Shown here: piece after piece, positions 50,845 through 59,316 of the stretch
Layout of the letters: each line of letters starts with the position of its first letter
How positions within the stretch are numbered: the first letter of the stretch is position 1
Translations under genes and position numbers: made by a program
Assembly (NCBI GenBank): GCA_965368975.1
Contig: CBDUPA010000021.1
Coordinates: 50,352 to 114,351 of the forward strand
DNA: 64,000 bases
Direction: 5' to 3'
Source of the DNA: an uncultured bacterium
Lineage (GTDB): Bacteria; Acidobacteriota; Thermoanaerobaculia; Multivoradales; JAHZIX01
The notes under the pieces: generated by a model
Told to the model about the DNA's origin: nothing
Databases searched by the model: none
The model's input: the letters and a program-made list of their open reading frames with translations, nothing else

Positions 50845-52046
50845 AGGTCTTCGAAGTCGTCGCCTTCGCCATGCGGGCCTTACGCGGTCATCGACTGCGC
50901 ACCGTCCTGAGCCTGCTCGGCATGGCGATCGGCATCGCCGCCGTGCTGGTCCTCACCGCGCTGGGCAACGGCGCGCGGCTCTACGTGACTGACCAGTTCA
51001 ACAGCATCGGTAGCAATCTGCTGATCCTGCTACCCGGCCGTGCCGAGACCACCGGCGGCACCATCCCCGGCACCTTGGGCGTGCCCAACGACCTGACGCT
51101 CGACGACGCCGAGACCTTGCGGCGCCATCTGCCGAGGGTCCGCCGCGTCGCCCCGATCACCCTCAACAGCGAGACCGTCGCCTTCCAGGAGCGGCGGCGA
51201 CAGGTGGCGGTGATCGGCGCCACGCGCGCCTACTTCACCATTCGTCAATTGGAGCTGGCTGCCGGTAGCTTCCTGCCCGACGAGGAGGCGCACCGGGGCG
51301 CGCCTCTGGTGGTGCTCGGCAGCGGCGTGGCCCGCGAACTGTTCGACGAACAGAACGCCATCGGCCAAGCTGTGCGCATCGGCGGCGGCCGCTACCGGGT
51401 GATCGGCGTCCTGGCGACCAGCGGCACCCAGCTGGGCGTCGACCTCGACGAGCTGGCGGTCATCCCCGTCGCGTCCGCCATGCGCCTGTTCAACCGCAGC
51501 TCCCTGTTCCGCGTGCTGCTGCAGACCTGGTCTTACAACGACCTCGAAAGCGCCCAAGCGCAGGCCACGGCACTGCTCGCCGAACGCCATGGCGAGGAAG
51601 ACTTCACCTGCATCCGTCAGGACTCCGTGGTCAGCGGCCTGGGCTCGATCCTCGGCACCTTGACCCTCGTCCTGGTGACCATCGCCGCTGTCTCCCTGAC
51701 CGTCGCTGGTATCGGCATCATGAACGTCATGCTGGTCTCGGTGTCCGAGCGGACGCGCGAAGTCGGTCTGCTCAAAGCTCTGGGCGCCGGCCGGCGTCAG
51801 ATTCTCGGCGTCTTTCTGGCGGAAGCCATCCTGCTCTCCGCCGCCGGTGGCCTGCTCGGCCTCGGCCTCGGTGCCGCCGCCATCCGCGTCAGCTTGCACC
51901 TCTTCCCCGCGCTCCCCGCCTCGCCGCCAACCTGGGCGATCGTCTCCGCGCTCGGCGTCTCGGTTCTCACCGGGGTTGCCTTCGGTGTCCTGCCCGCCCG
52001 CCGCGCCAGCGAACTCGACCCCATCACCGCCCTCGCTGGCCACTGA
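50841..52046 (+). CDS. ABC permease, MacB/FtsX type
   Basis: LGMAIGIAAV, GIGIMNVMLVSVSERTREVGLLKALGA, PARRASELDP. Confidence 0.93.
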   Translation: MKVFEVVAFAMRALRGHRLRTVLSLLGMAIGIAAVLVLTALGNGARLYVTDQFNSIGSNLLILLPGRAETTGGTIPGTLGVPNDLTLDDAETLRRHLPRVRRVAPITLNSETVAFQERRRQVAVIGATRAYFTIRQLELAAGSFLPDEEAHRGAPLVVLGSGVARELFDEQNAIGQAVRIGGGRYRVIGVLATSGTQLGVDLDELAVIPVASAMRLFNRSSLFRVLLQTWSYNDLESAQAQATALLAERHGEEDFTCIRQDSVVSGLGSILGTLTLVLVTIAAVSLTVAGIGIMNVMLVSVSERTREVGLLKALGAGRRQILGVFLAEAILLSAAGGLLGLGLGAAAIRVSLHLFPALPASPPTWAIVSALGVSVLTGVAFGVLPARRASELDPITALAGH

Positions 52047-52061
52047 CCAGGACACTTGCCC

Positions 52062-53300
52062 ATGTCCTCGCTCCTGCCCGACTCCCTCCTGCCTGAGCTG
52101 CTCCGCCTCGCGCTCCGCTCGCTCGCCGCCTACCGTCTGCGCTCGATCCTCAGCGTCCTCGGCATCGCCGTCGGCATCGCCTCGGTCATCCTCTTGACCT
52201 CCGTCGGCGAAGGCACGCGCCGCTACATCGAGAGCGAGTTCACCCAGTTCGGCACCCATATCGTCACCATCTTCCCCGGCAAGGCCGAGACCATCGGCAT
52301 CCCCGGCGTCCTCGGCGGCACGACGCACAAGCTCACGATCGCCGACGCCGAAGCCCTGGCTCACGTTCCCGGGGTCGTCAGCTCGATGCCGGTGGTCACC
52401 GGTACCGCCCGCGTCGAAGCCGTGGACCCCGAACTGGGCGGTCGTGGTCGTAGCGTCATGATCTACAGCGTCACGCCGACGATCCAGGACATGTGGGAGT
52501 TCTACCCCGTCCAAGGTGAGTTCTGGCCCGCCGGCGACCCCCGCCGGTCGCCCCCCCTGACCGTCCTGGGCCCGACGCTGAAGGAGGAACTCTTCGGCGA
52601 CACCAACGCCCTCGGCCAGTTCGTCCGCATCGGCGGCCGGCGCTTCCGCATCGTCGGCTTGATGGAACCCAAAGGTCAATTGTTGGGCCTGGACCTCGAC
52701 GATGGCGCCTACATCCCCGTCTCCTACGGCCTGCAACTCTTCAACCGCGACGAGCTCACCAACATCGACATCCGCTACGCCGAAGGTACCGACCCCGCCC
52801 GCGTAGAAGCCGCCGTCCGCGTCGCGATGATCGAACGTCACCGTGGCGAAGAAGACTTCTCCATCACCAGCCAGGCCGCCATGCTCGACGTCCTCGGCAA
52901 CGTCATCAACATCGTCACCGTCGCGGTGAGTGGAATCGCCGGGATCTCGCTGCTCGTCGGTGCTGTCGGAATTCTGACCATGATGTGGATCGCGGTCGGC
53001 GAAAGGACGTCCGAGATCGGCTTGTTGCGGGCCATCGGCGCGAGCCGGCGTCAAATCCGCTTGTTGTTTCTAGCGGAGGCCGGAGCTCTGGCGGCACTGG
53101 GGGGTGTGGTGGGCTTGGCAGTGGGGATGGGCCTGTGCGCGGTGCTGCGAGAATTGGTGCCGGCTCTGCCCGTGCACACACCGCTGATCTATGCCATCGC
53201 GGCCGTGGGCGTCAGTGGAGTGACGGGATTGCTGGCGGGAGTGTTGCCGGCGCGGAGAGCGTCGAGGTTGGATCCCGTCGAGGCGTTGCAGGCGGAGTGA
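52062..53300 (+). CDS. ABC permease, MacB/FtsX type (second)
   Basis: LGIAVGIASV, GILTMMWIAVGERTSEIGLLRAIGA, PARRASRLDPVEAL. Confidence 0.93.
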   Translation: MSSLLPDSLLPELLRLALRSLAAYRLRSILSVLGIAVGIASVILLTSVGEGTRRYIESEFTQFGTHIVTIFPGKAETIGIPGVLGGTTHKLTIADAEALAHVPGVVSSMPVVTGTARVEAVDPELGGRGRSVMIYSVTPTIQDMWEFYPVQGEFWPAGDPRRSPPLTVLGPTLKEELFGDTNALGQFVRIGGRRFRIVGLMEPKGQLLGLDLDDGAYIPVSYGLQLFNRDELTNIDIRYAEGTDPARVEAAVRVAMIERHRGEEDFSITSQAAMLDVLGNVINIVTVAVSGIAGISLLVGAVGILTMMWIAVGERTSEIGLLRAIGASRRQIRLLFLAEAGALAALGGVVGLAVGMGLCAVLRELVPALPVHTPLIYAIAAVGVSGVTGLLAGVLPARRASRLDPVEALQAE

Positions 53301-53351
53301 ATTTGCTGCACCAATTTGCATGCATTATGATGTAGCCAGGAGGTGGCCATC

Positions 53352-53591
53352 ATGCCCTCACTACAGATCCGCGAACTCCCCCTCGATCTCTACGAGATCC
53401 TCTCTCACCGCGCCAATCGCGAAGGCCGTAGCCTTGCGCAGCAAGCGATCGCGGATCTACGCAAGGTCCCCGAGTTCGAAGCCCGCCAGCGGCGCATGGA
53501 GACGATCGAGAGGCTGCGCAGTCGACTGGGCCAGCGGACAGAACCTCTCACACCGCCAGAACTCCTGATCCGCGAAGACCGCGACCGCTGA
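53352..53591 (+). CDS. FitA-like ribbon-helix-helix antitoxin
   Basis: MPSLQIRELP..LY..L..RA..EGRSLAQ, C-terminal LIREDRDR. AGGAGG RBS; TGATG coupling to the PIN toxin. Confidence 0.85.
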   Translation: MPSLQIRELPLDLYEILSHRANREGRSLAQQAIADLRKVPEFEARQRRMETIERLRSRLGQRTEPLTPPELLIREDRDR

Positions 53592-53995
53592 TGCAGTACC
53601 TGGTTCTCGACGCTTCTGCTGCCATCCAGGTCGTTTGTGATCTCCCTGCGGCCGCTCGAATTCTCGATGTCCTTGCGGAAACCACTCTGCCTCTCGCCCC
53701 GGACCTTTACGCTGTCGAGGTCGCGAATGCACTCTGGAAGTACGTCCGCTTCGACAGCATCTCGCGCGAGGAAGCCGGCCAGTGCTTCACCGAAGCCAAC
53801 AATCTAGTCGAGTTCCAAGTCGCTTCCGGCGGCCTTGCAGAAGAGGCCCTGATGGCAGCCGCGACCTACGAGCATCCGGTCTACGACATGCTCTACGCAG
53901 TCCTGGCTCGGCGACACGGTGCGCCGGTGCTCACTATGGATCGGCGATTCACGGCCGTGCTGAGAAAGATGTCGATCGAACCGATTCAGTTATGA
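53591..53995 (+). CDS. vapC: VapC PIN-domain toxin
   Basis: LVLDASA, EVANALWK, VYDMLYAVLA, LTMDRR. Confidence 0.9.
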   Translation: MQYLVLDASAAIQVVCDLPAAARILDVLAETTLPLAPDLYAVEVANALWKYVRFDSISREEAGQCFTEANNLVEFQVASGGLAEEALMAAATYEHPVYDMLYAVLARRHGAPVLTMDRRFTAVLRKMSIEPIQL

Positions 53996-54119
53996 CCGTT
54001 GCAGTGCAGCCTGAAGGCAGTACTTCACTCGTAGCCGCTGCATCGCTGCTAGCGCTCCGACGTACTAGAATCGAGATCATCCAATCTCGAGACTAGAACT
54101 TCACGCGGGAGTGCATCCG

Positions 54120-54317
54120 ATGATCAGGAAGCAGGGAGACGACGGAGACAAGACACCAAAGGGCCAAGAGAAAATGGGCGCCGGCCTCGCCATTGGTATT
54201 GGCGTCGGCGTGGCCATCGGGGCCGCGACGGACAACCTGGCTGCCGGTGTCGCCGCCGGCGTGGCGCTGGGTATGGGTCTCGGCCTGGCCTTGTCGCAGC
54301 GCGCGAACAAAGACTGA
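54120..54317 (+). CDS. Small glycine-zipper membrane protein
   Basis: GAGLAIGIGVGVAIGAA..N..AGVAAGVALGMGLG. Confidence 0.6.
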   Translation: MIRKQGDDGDKTPKGQEKMGAGLAIGIGVGVAIGAATDNLAAGVAAGVALGMGLGLALSQRANKD

Positions 54318-54320
54318 CGC

Positions 54321-54797
54321 ATGTCTCGACTCGAGCTGAAGATTCCGCCGGCCGTCGTGATGCTCGTCTGTGGCGGCTTGATGTGGGCTGTGGCACGTAG
54401 ACTGCCGGGTCTTTCGGTGGCGGGAATCTCGATTCCGCAGCAGCTACACTTTGTCCTGCCGAAGGCTCTGCTGGGACTCGGCGCCCTCATCTCGATCGCC
54501 AGCCTGGTGTCTTTCAGCCGCGCCAGGACGACCGTCGACCCCACCAAGCCGCACGCCTCGACGTCCCTCGTCACCTCCGGCGTCTACCGCGTCAGCCGCA
54601 ACCCCATCTACCTGGGGATGTTCCTGCTCCTGCTCGCCTGGGGCGTCAAGCTGTCGAACCTGGTATCGATCGCTCTCACCGCCGGCTTCGTGCTCTACAT
54701 GACACGCTTCCAGATCCGGCCTGAGGAACGTGCGCTGGAAGAGCGTTTCGGCGAGGCGTTCATCGCCTACAAGCGACGGGTCCGCCGCTGGTTGTAG
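54321..54797 (+). CDS. Isoprenylcysteine carboxyl methyltransferase (PEMT/Ste14) family protein
   Basis: TTVDP, LVTSGVYRVSRNPIYLG, IRPEERAL..FG..F..YKRRVRRWL. Confidence 0.9.
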   Translation: MSRLELKIPPAVVMLVCGGLMWAVARRLPGLSVAGISIPQQLHFVLPKALLGLGALISIASLVSFSRARTTVDPTKPHASTSLVTSGVYRVSRNPIYLGMFLLLLAWGVKLSNLVSIALTAGFVLYMTRFQIRPEERALEERFGEAFIAYKRRVRRWL

Positions 54798-54887
54798 CTC
54801 GGCACCTGAGCACTTCCACAAAACTAAATGGTAAAGTGGATAGTGAATCACAGTCTGGCTCTTTCGCAACCAGAAGGGAGGAAGAGC

Positions 54888-55967
54888 ATGGCCATCCACA
54901 ACTGCCACATCCACACCTTCACCAGCAAGGCCGTTCCCGATCGGGTCTTGCCCTTCCGCATCGTTCAGCTCACACGCTCCCGCTTCTGCTCCGGACTCAC
55001 TCGCAGGCTATTGCGCCTGCTCCCCTTCCGTCTCCTCGACCGCGCGGCGGCCTTCGTCGGCATCGGTAGCAAGCGCAGCCAGGAGGAGATCTTCCAAGAG
55101 ATCTTGCCCTACTACCCGCGCGATACACGGTTCGTCATCCTGCCCATGGACTTCGAGTTCATGGAGGCGGGCACATCACCGCAATCCTACGTGGAGCAGC
55201 TCGAGGAATTGCGCGCTCTACCTGAGTCCCTCAAGGAGGAAGACAGGGACCGTATCTTGCCTTTCGTGGCTGCCGATCCACGACGACCGAACGTCACTGA
55301 GCTGGTCTTGGAGTATCTGGAGCAGCACCAGTTCGCGGGCGTCAAAATCTACCCTCCGCTCGGCTACTACCCGTTCGACGAGCGTCTGAGCGAGATCTAC
55401 GCCTACTGCGAGGAACGAGGCGTCCCGGTCATGGCCCACTGCTCGCGCGGCGAGGCCGTCTATTTCAAGGGACGGATCACACCAGAGATGCGCCGGCATC
55501 CCAAGAACGGCAAGGTCTTCACGGAGCGGTCGAACCACACCTTCGCCAACCACTTCACGGCCCCTGACAACTACACCTACCTGCTCGAAGACTTTCCTCG
55601 ACTGAAGGTCTGCCTGGCTCACTACGGCGGTGACGACGAGTGGCACAGGTACCTACGCGATCCCTGGCCCGGCGACAATGTGCGTGAGTCTTGGCTGTCC
55701 GTGATCTCGGAACTGATGCGTGATCACCCGAACGTCTACGCGGACATTTCCTACACCGCAGCTGACCGCGAGCTGTGGCCGCTGCTCAAGGTCCTGCTGA
55801 ACACACCGCGGCTACAAGATCGGGTCCTGTTCGGCTCGGACTTCTACATGGTGCGGATCAAGACCAAGGAACGCGCCTTCACCATCGATCTGCGCGCCGC
55901 CGTCGGCGAAGCGGAATTCCAGCGCATGGCAGTCACCAACGCGACGGAATTCCTTCAACGAACGTGA
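54888..55967 (+). CDS. Amidohydrolase_2 family protein
   Basis: NCHIH, GVKIYPPLGY, AHC, LAHYGG, NVYADISY, LFGSDF. Confidence 0.88.
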   Translation: MAIHNCHIHTFTSKAVPDRVLPFRIVQLTRSRFCSGLTRRLLRLLPFRLLDRAAAFVGIGSKRSQEEIFQEILPYYPRDTRFVILPMDFEFMEAGTSPQSYVEQLEELRALPESLKEEDRDRILPFVAADPRRPNVTELVLEYLEQHQFAGVKIYPPLGYYPFDERLSEIYAYCEERGVPVMAHCSRGEAVYFKGRITPEMRRHPKNGKVFTERSNHTFANHFTAPDNYTYLLEDFPRLKVCLAHYGGDDEWHRYLRDPWPGDNVRESWLSVISELMRDHPNVYADISYTAADRELWPLLKVLLNTPRLQDRVLFGSDFYMVRIKTKERAFTIDLRAAVGEAEFQRMAVTNATEFLQRT

Positions 55968-56036
55968 TCCGAACGCCCTCCGCGATGTCTGGATGGCCGG
56001 CCGCCTGGTACAGTTGCCAGCGGAGGCACACCGACG

Positions 56037-56273
56037 ATGATCGACATCCAAGAAGCCGTCGAGAAGGCCCGCAAGGCCTTCCTGGCGCTACACGAAGACC
56101 GCACCATCACCAGCGTCCGCCTGGCCGAGGTGGAACTGAGCGACGACGACAAGATCTGGCGCGTGACGCTGAGCTACGCCGACGACGAGGTGACCAACAT
56201 CGACAAGCACAAGCTGGTCAAGATCGACGCCGAGAGCGGGCAGGTGCGATCGGTGCACGTGCGCACGCTCTAG
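56037..56273 (+). CDS. Small hypothetical protein (PepSY-like fold possible)
   Basis: GGAGG RBS; AVEKA..., LAEVE, WRVTLSY, VKIDAESGQV. Confidence 0.65.
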   Translation: MIDIQEAVEKARKAFLALHEDRTITSVRLAEVELSDDDKIWRVTLSYADDEVTNIDKHKLVKIDAESGQVRSVHVRTL

Positions 56274-56319
56274 CCGTTCGCTCGGCGTCTGCCAGCACGC
56301 CCGACCGGAAGCGCCGGAC

Positions 56320-56772
56320 TCAGTTGAAGACGGCCTCGAGTAACGGCTTGTTCTCGTCGTGCCCTTCCGGCTCGGTAACGGACAGGTAGATCTCGAACTC
56401 ACCGAGCACCGGGTTGCGCATACGGTAGAAGCCTTCCGGCAGCAGCGCGCGCGTCGAGCGGCCCTGGAAGACAACTGAGAAGGGAGCGCGCACCGGAGCT
56501 CCGGCACCTTCGATTTCGATGGCTTTGCCGAGCGAGTTGACCTCCTTGAGATCGACCATCAAGTCCTTGATCCCCATCTCGATCTCGAACGCTTGCCCGA
56601 CCAAGGGCTCGAAGGACTCTTGGCTGAGCTTGGACAACGGCGTATCCATCACATCGCCGAAGTTGATCAGGAGGTCCTCCCGCTCATCTGCCGCTTCCGC
56701 GGCAGCCTTGCAAGCGGCATCGGCGTCTTCCAGAGTCACTCTCTCGTATTTGGGCTCTTCGGCTTCAGACAT
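56320..56772 (-). CDS. DUF6916-like protein with an acidic N-terminal extension
   Basis: FEPLVGQAF, RAPFSVVFQG, LPEGFY, LGEFEIYL, EAVFN. Confidence 0.7.
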   Translation of the reverse strand: MSEAEEPKYERVTLEDADAACKAAAEAADEREDLLINFGDVMDTPLSKLSQESFEPLVGQAFEIEMGIKDLMVDLKEVNSLGKAIEIEGAGAPVRAPFSVVFQGRSTRALLPEGFYRMRNPVLGEFEIYLSVTEPEGHDENKPLLEAVFN

Positions 56773-56822
56773 GGCGTCGACTCCTTGTCAGGTTCTTGAC
56801 GATACAGGTGGGTAGCTGCGTT

Positions 56823-57167
56823 CTAGGTGAAGACGACTTCGTAGCGCATGCGGGGATCTTCCGCGCCGGGCCCTACAGTCACCAGGAACAAGTCCATCTC
56901 GCCCATCGCGTCGTGCGTCAGGTGGTAGATGCTCTGCTCCAATGGCGCGTTCTCCGGCCCGAGGAAGACAAGCGAGAACGGCGTTCGATCCGTGCGCTGC
57001 GTATGACTGTTCACCTCACCGACTTCGATCAACTCGGCATCGATGTGTCCTTCCGCTTCCGCATGTGTGATGCGGAAGGGCGTGTGGAGGTGCTGGCGAA
57101 AGGCTTCGGCACTCAGCTCGATCAATCGGTCGTCGTTCGGGTCGGGGTTGGACGGAGCGTCCGGCAT
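56823..57167 (-). CDS. DUF6916-like protein
   Basis: RTPFSLVFLGP, LEQSIYHLTH, MDLFLVTVGP, YEVVFT. Confidence 0.78.
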   Translation of the reverse strand: MPDAPSNPDPNDDRLIELSAEAFRQHLHTPFRITHAEAEGHIDAELIEVGEVNSHTQRTDRTPFSLVFLGPENAPLEQSIYHLTHDAMGEMDLFLVTVGPGAEDPRMRYEVVFT

Positions 57168-57183
57168 GTACTGGCTCCTCGGT

Positions 57184-57675
57184 TTAGCTTCCGACTGAGT
57201 TGGCTTCGACAGGAGCCCACTCCATCAAGTGGTACACACCCTGTTCTTCGATCTTGCGAAACCCGAGCCGCAGGTAGAGGCGCATGGCTGGGTTGTTGTG
57301 CTCGACGTGGATTCGCACCAGCAGGCCCTTCTGCCGACCTTCGTCGAGGATCTCTTCGAGAATCTCGCCACCGAGGCCGCGACCTCGGTACTCTGTCAGC
57401 AGGGCGATATCGACCAAGCGAATCTCGTCTTCACGCCGGTCGATATAGAGACGGCCAACCGGCCGACCTTCCAACTCGATGACATCGAAGGCCGCGTCAG
57501 GAAAGTGCTCCTGGTAGTGCGTGTGCTGAGCGTGGAACTGAAAGCCCAGGAACTCGGTTTTCTGTTCGTCGCTCCAGGGCACCGGCGCCAGCTCGTCTTC
57601 CCGCGTCGAGGCATAGACTCGGCGCAGGAAGTCGAGGTCGGCGTCGGTGATCGGGCGTAGGGTGGTTCGCGTCAC
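57184..57675 (-). CDS. GNAT family N-acetyltransferase
   Basis: YASTREDE, QFHAQH, DIALLTEYRGRGLG, NPAMRLYLRLGF. Confidence 0.92.
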   Translation of the reverse strand: MTRTTLRPITDADLDFLRRVYASTREDELAPVPWSDEQKTEFLGFQFHAQHTHYQEHFPDAAFDVIELEGRPVGRLYIDRREDEIRLVDIALLTEYRGRGLGGEILEEILDEGRQKGLLVRIHVEHNNPAMRLYLRLGFRKIEEQGVYHLMEWAPVEANSVGS

Positions 57676-57702
57676 GCTCGGTTGCGCAGGTCCGGCCAGG
57701 TG

Positions 57703-58224
57703 TCAGCTACGGCTCGGATACAGACCCTGCAGGGCGATGATGAAGTTCATCACCAGGAAAGGCTGCATGTTGTTGTGCGGCTGACTGCCGCCGGCATTGG
57801 GCATGGAGGCATCTGCCATCGCACCGGTGGTGGCACCGGTGGGCGAGCGGAACATGTCGTTGCCGGCACCCACCATGCGTGCACTGCTCGGCGTGGTGGA
57901 GTCACCGTCTTCACCTGAGCCCTGCAACTGATGCGTGTGATTGGGCATCTGAGCCTCGGTCAGGCTTACCATCTCGACACCGCCACGCTGACCTAGACGC
58001 CTAGACGTCAGGCCCGGACCACGGCCCGGGTGCATCGGCAAACGGCCTTTCAAGTTGGGCAAGGCGGTCGTCGAGCGACCGTCGCCACCGTAGGTGGTGC
58101 CGATCAGCGAAAAGAGCGCGGTGTTCTGCGATACAGGGAGCAGCTGACCATTGCAAAATGCCCAGCTACGTGGCGCGAAATTGCCGGCGAAGATTCGGAT
58201 CTCTGCGATGAAGGGTTCAGACAT
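57703..58224 (-). CDS. Phage tail-collar domain protein (MdpB-like), copy 3
   Basis: MSEPFIAEI..NFAPRSWAFCNGQ, LFSLIGTTYGGDG, HTH, HNNMQPFL..FIIALQG. Confidence 0.9.
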   Translation of the reverse strand: MSEPFIAEIRIFAGNFAPRSWAFCNGQLLPVSQNTALFSLIGTTYGGDGRSTTALPNLKGRLPMHPGRGPGLTSRRLGQRGGVEMVSLTEAQMPNHTHQLQGSGEDGDSTTPSSARMVGAGNDMFRSPTGATTGAMADASMPNAGGSQPHNNMQPFLVMNFIIALQGLYPSRS

Positions 58225-58234
58225 GGCGAATCTC

Positions 58235-58753
58235 CTAGTTCCGCGACGGATAGATGCCAACCAGGGCGATGATGAAGTTGATGCAGAGGTAGGGCATCAG
58301 ATTCGTGTGCGAACGACTACCGCCAACGTTGGTGATCGCCGAGGTGCTCATGTTCTGCGGGTCGATCTGATCCGTATACACGTCGCCGAAGATCGGCGTC
58401 GCCAGAGCATCGCCGAGCGCATCCCGGCTGACCGCGGCACTGGTGGTCGCGCTCAGCGGATGCGTGTGACTGGGCATCTGATTGACGGTCAACGTCTCCT
58501 TCTCCGAACCAGCCTTGGCACCAAGGCGTCGCGGAGACAAACCTGGGCCGCTGCCCGCGTGGATCGGCACACGTCCGCGCAGGTCTGGAAGGCCGAAGGT
58601 GGTGCGGCCATCGCCGCCGTAAATGGTGCCAAGCAGGCTGAAGAGCGCGTCGTTCTGGCTCACCGCGAGCAGCTGACCATCGCAGAAAGCCCAGCCGCGT
58701 GGCGCAAAGTTCCCAGCGAACATGCGGACCTCACCAACAAACGGTTCTGACAT
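58235..58753 (-). CDS. Phage tail-collar domain protein (MdpB-like), copy 2
   Basis: MSEPFVGEV..NFAPRGWAFCDGQ, LPDLRGR, HTH, HTNLMPYL..FIIALVG. Confidence 0.9.
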   Translation of the reverse strand: MSEPFVGEVRMFAGNFAPRGWAFCDGQLLAVSQNDALFSLLGTIYGGDGRTTFGLPDLRGRVPIHAGSGPGLSPRRLGAKAGSEKETLTVNQMPSHTHPLSATTSAAVSRDALGDALATPIFGDVYTDQIDPQNMSTSAITNVGGSRSHTNLMPYLCINFIIALVGIYPSRN

Positions 58754-58765
58754 GGTGAACCTCCT

Positions 58766-59281
58766 TTAGTTCCGGGACGGGAAGAGACCGCGCAAGGCGA
58801 TGCAGAAGTTGATCGCGAGGTAGGGCTGCATGTTGTTGTGCGCCTGGCCACCGCCGACGTTGAGAACCGAGGTGTGCAGCTGCGTCGATGCGCCGAAGGA
58901 GCCGTAGAGGTTGCCCGCGGCACGGGCGAAGATGTGGCCCTGAGGCTGGTCCGAGAGCGCATCGCCGTTGTTGGTACCAATCAGATCATGATCGTGCTGG
59001 GGCATCTCGTTGCCAGCAAGGGTGTGCGTCTCTTCGCCGCTCTTCTGGCCTTCGGTGTGGTCTTGACCACCATTACTCCGCCCCACATGCATCGGCGCGC
59101 GACCACGTAGGTCGGGCAGCGCAAAACTCGTACGCCCGTCACCACCGTAGGTGGTCCCGAGCAGGGAGTAGAGGCTCTGGTTCTGGTTGATCGGCAGAAT
59201 CTGGCCGTCACAGAAGGCCCAACCGCGCGGCGCGAAGTTGAAGCCGACGATGCGGACTTCCGCCAAGAAGGGTTCGGACAT
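58766..59281 (-). CDS. Phage tail-collar domain protein (MdpB-like), copy 1
   Basis: MSEPFLAEV..NFAPRGWAFCDGQ, LPDLRGR, HDH, HNNMQPYLAINFCIAL. GAGG RBS. Confidence 0.9.
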   Translation of the reverse strand: MSEPFLAEVRIVGFNFAPRGWAFCDGQILPINQNQSLYSLLGTTYGGDGRTSFALPDLRGRAPMHVGRSNGGQDHTEGQKSGEETHTLAGNEMPQHDHDLIGTNNGDALSDQPQGHIFARAAGNLYGSFGASTQLHTSVLNVGGGQAHNNMQPYLAINFCIALRGLFPSRN

Positions 59282-59316
59282 GTGCTCTCCTCTCGTTGCG
59301 TAACCGACCGCCGTGC

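Noticed and set aside
57703-59281. Prophage tail region
   Set aside because: No other phage structural, packaging or integration genes in the window.
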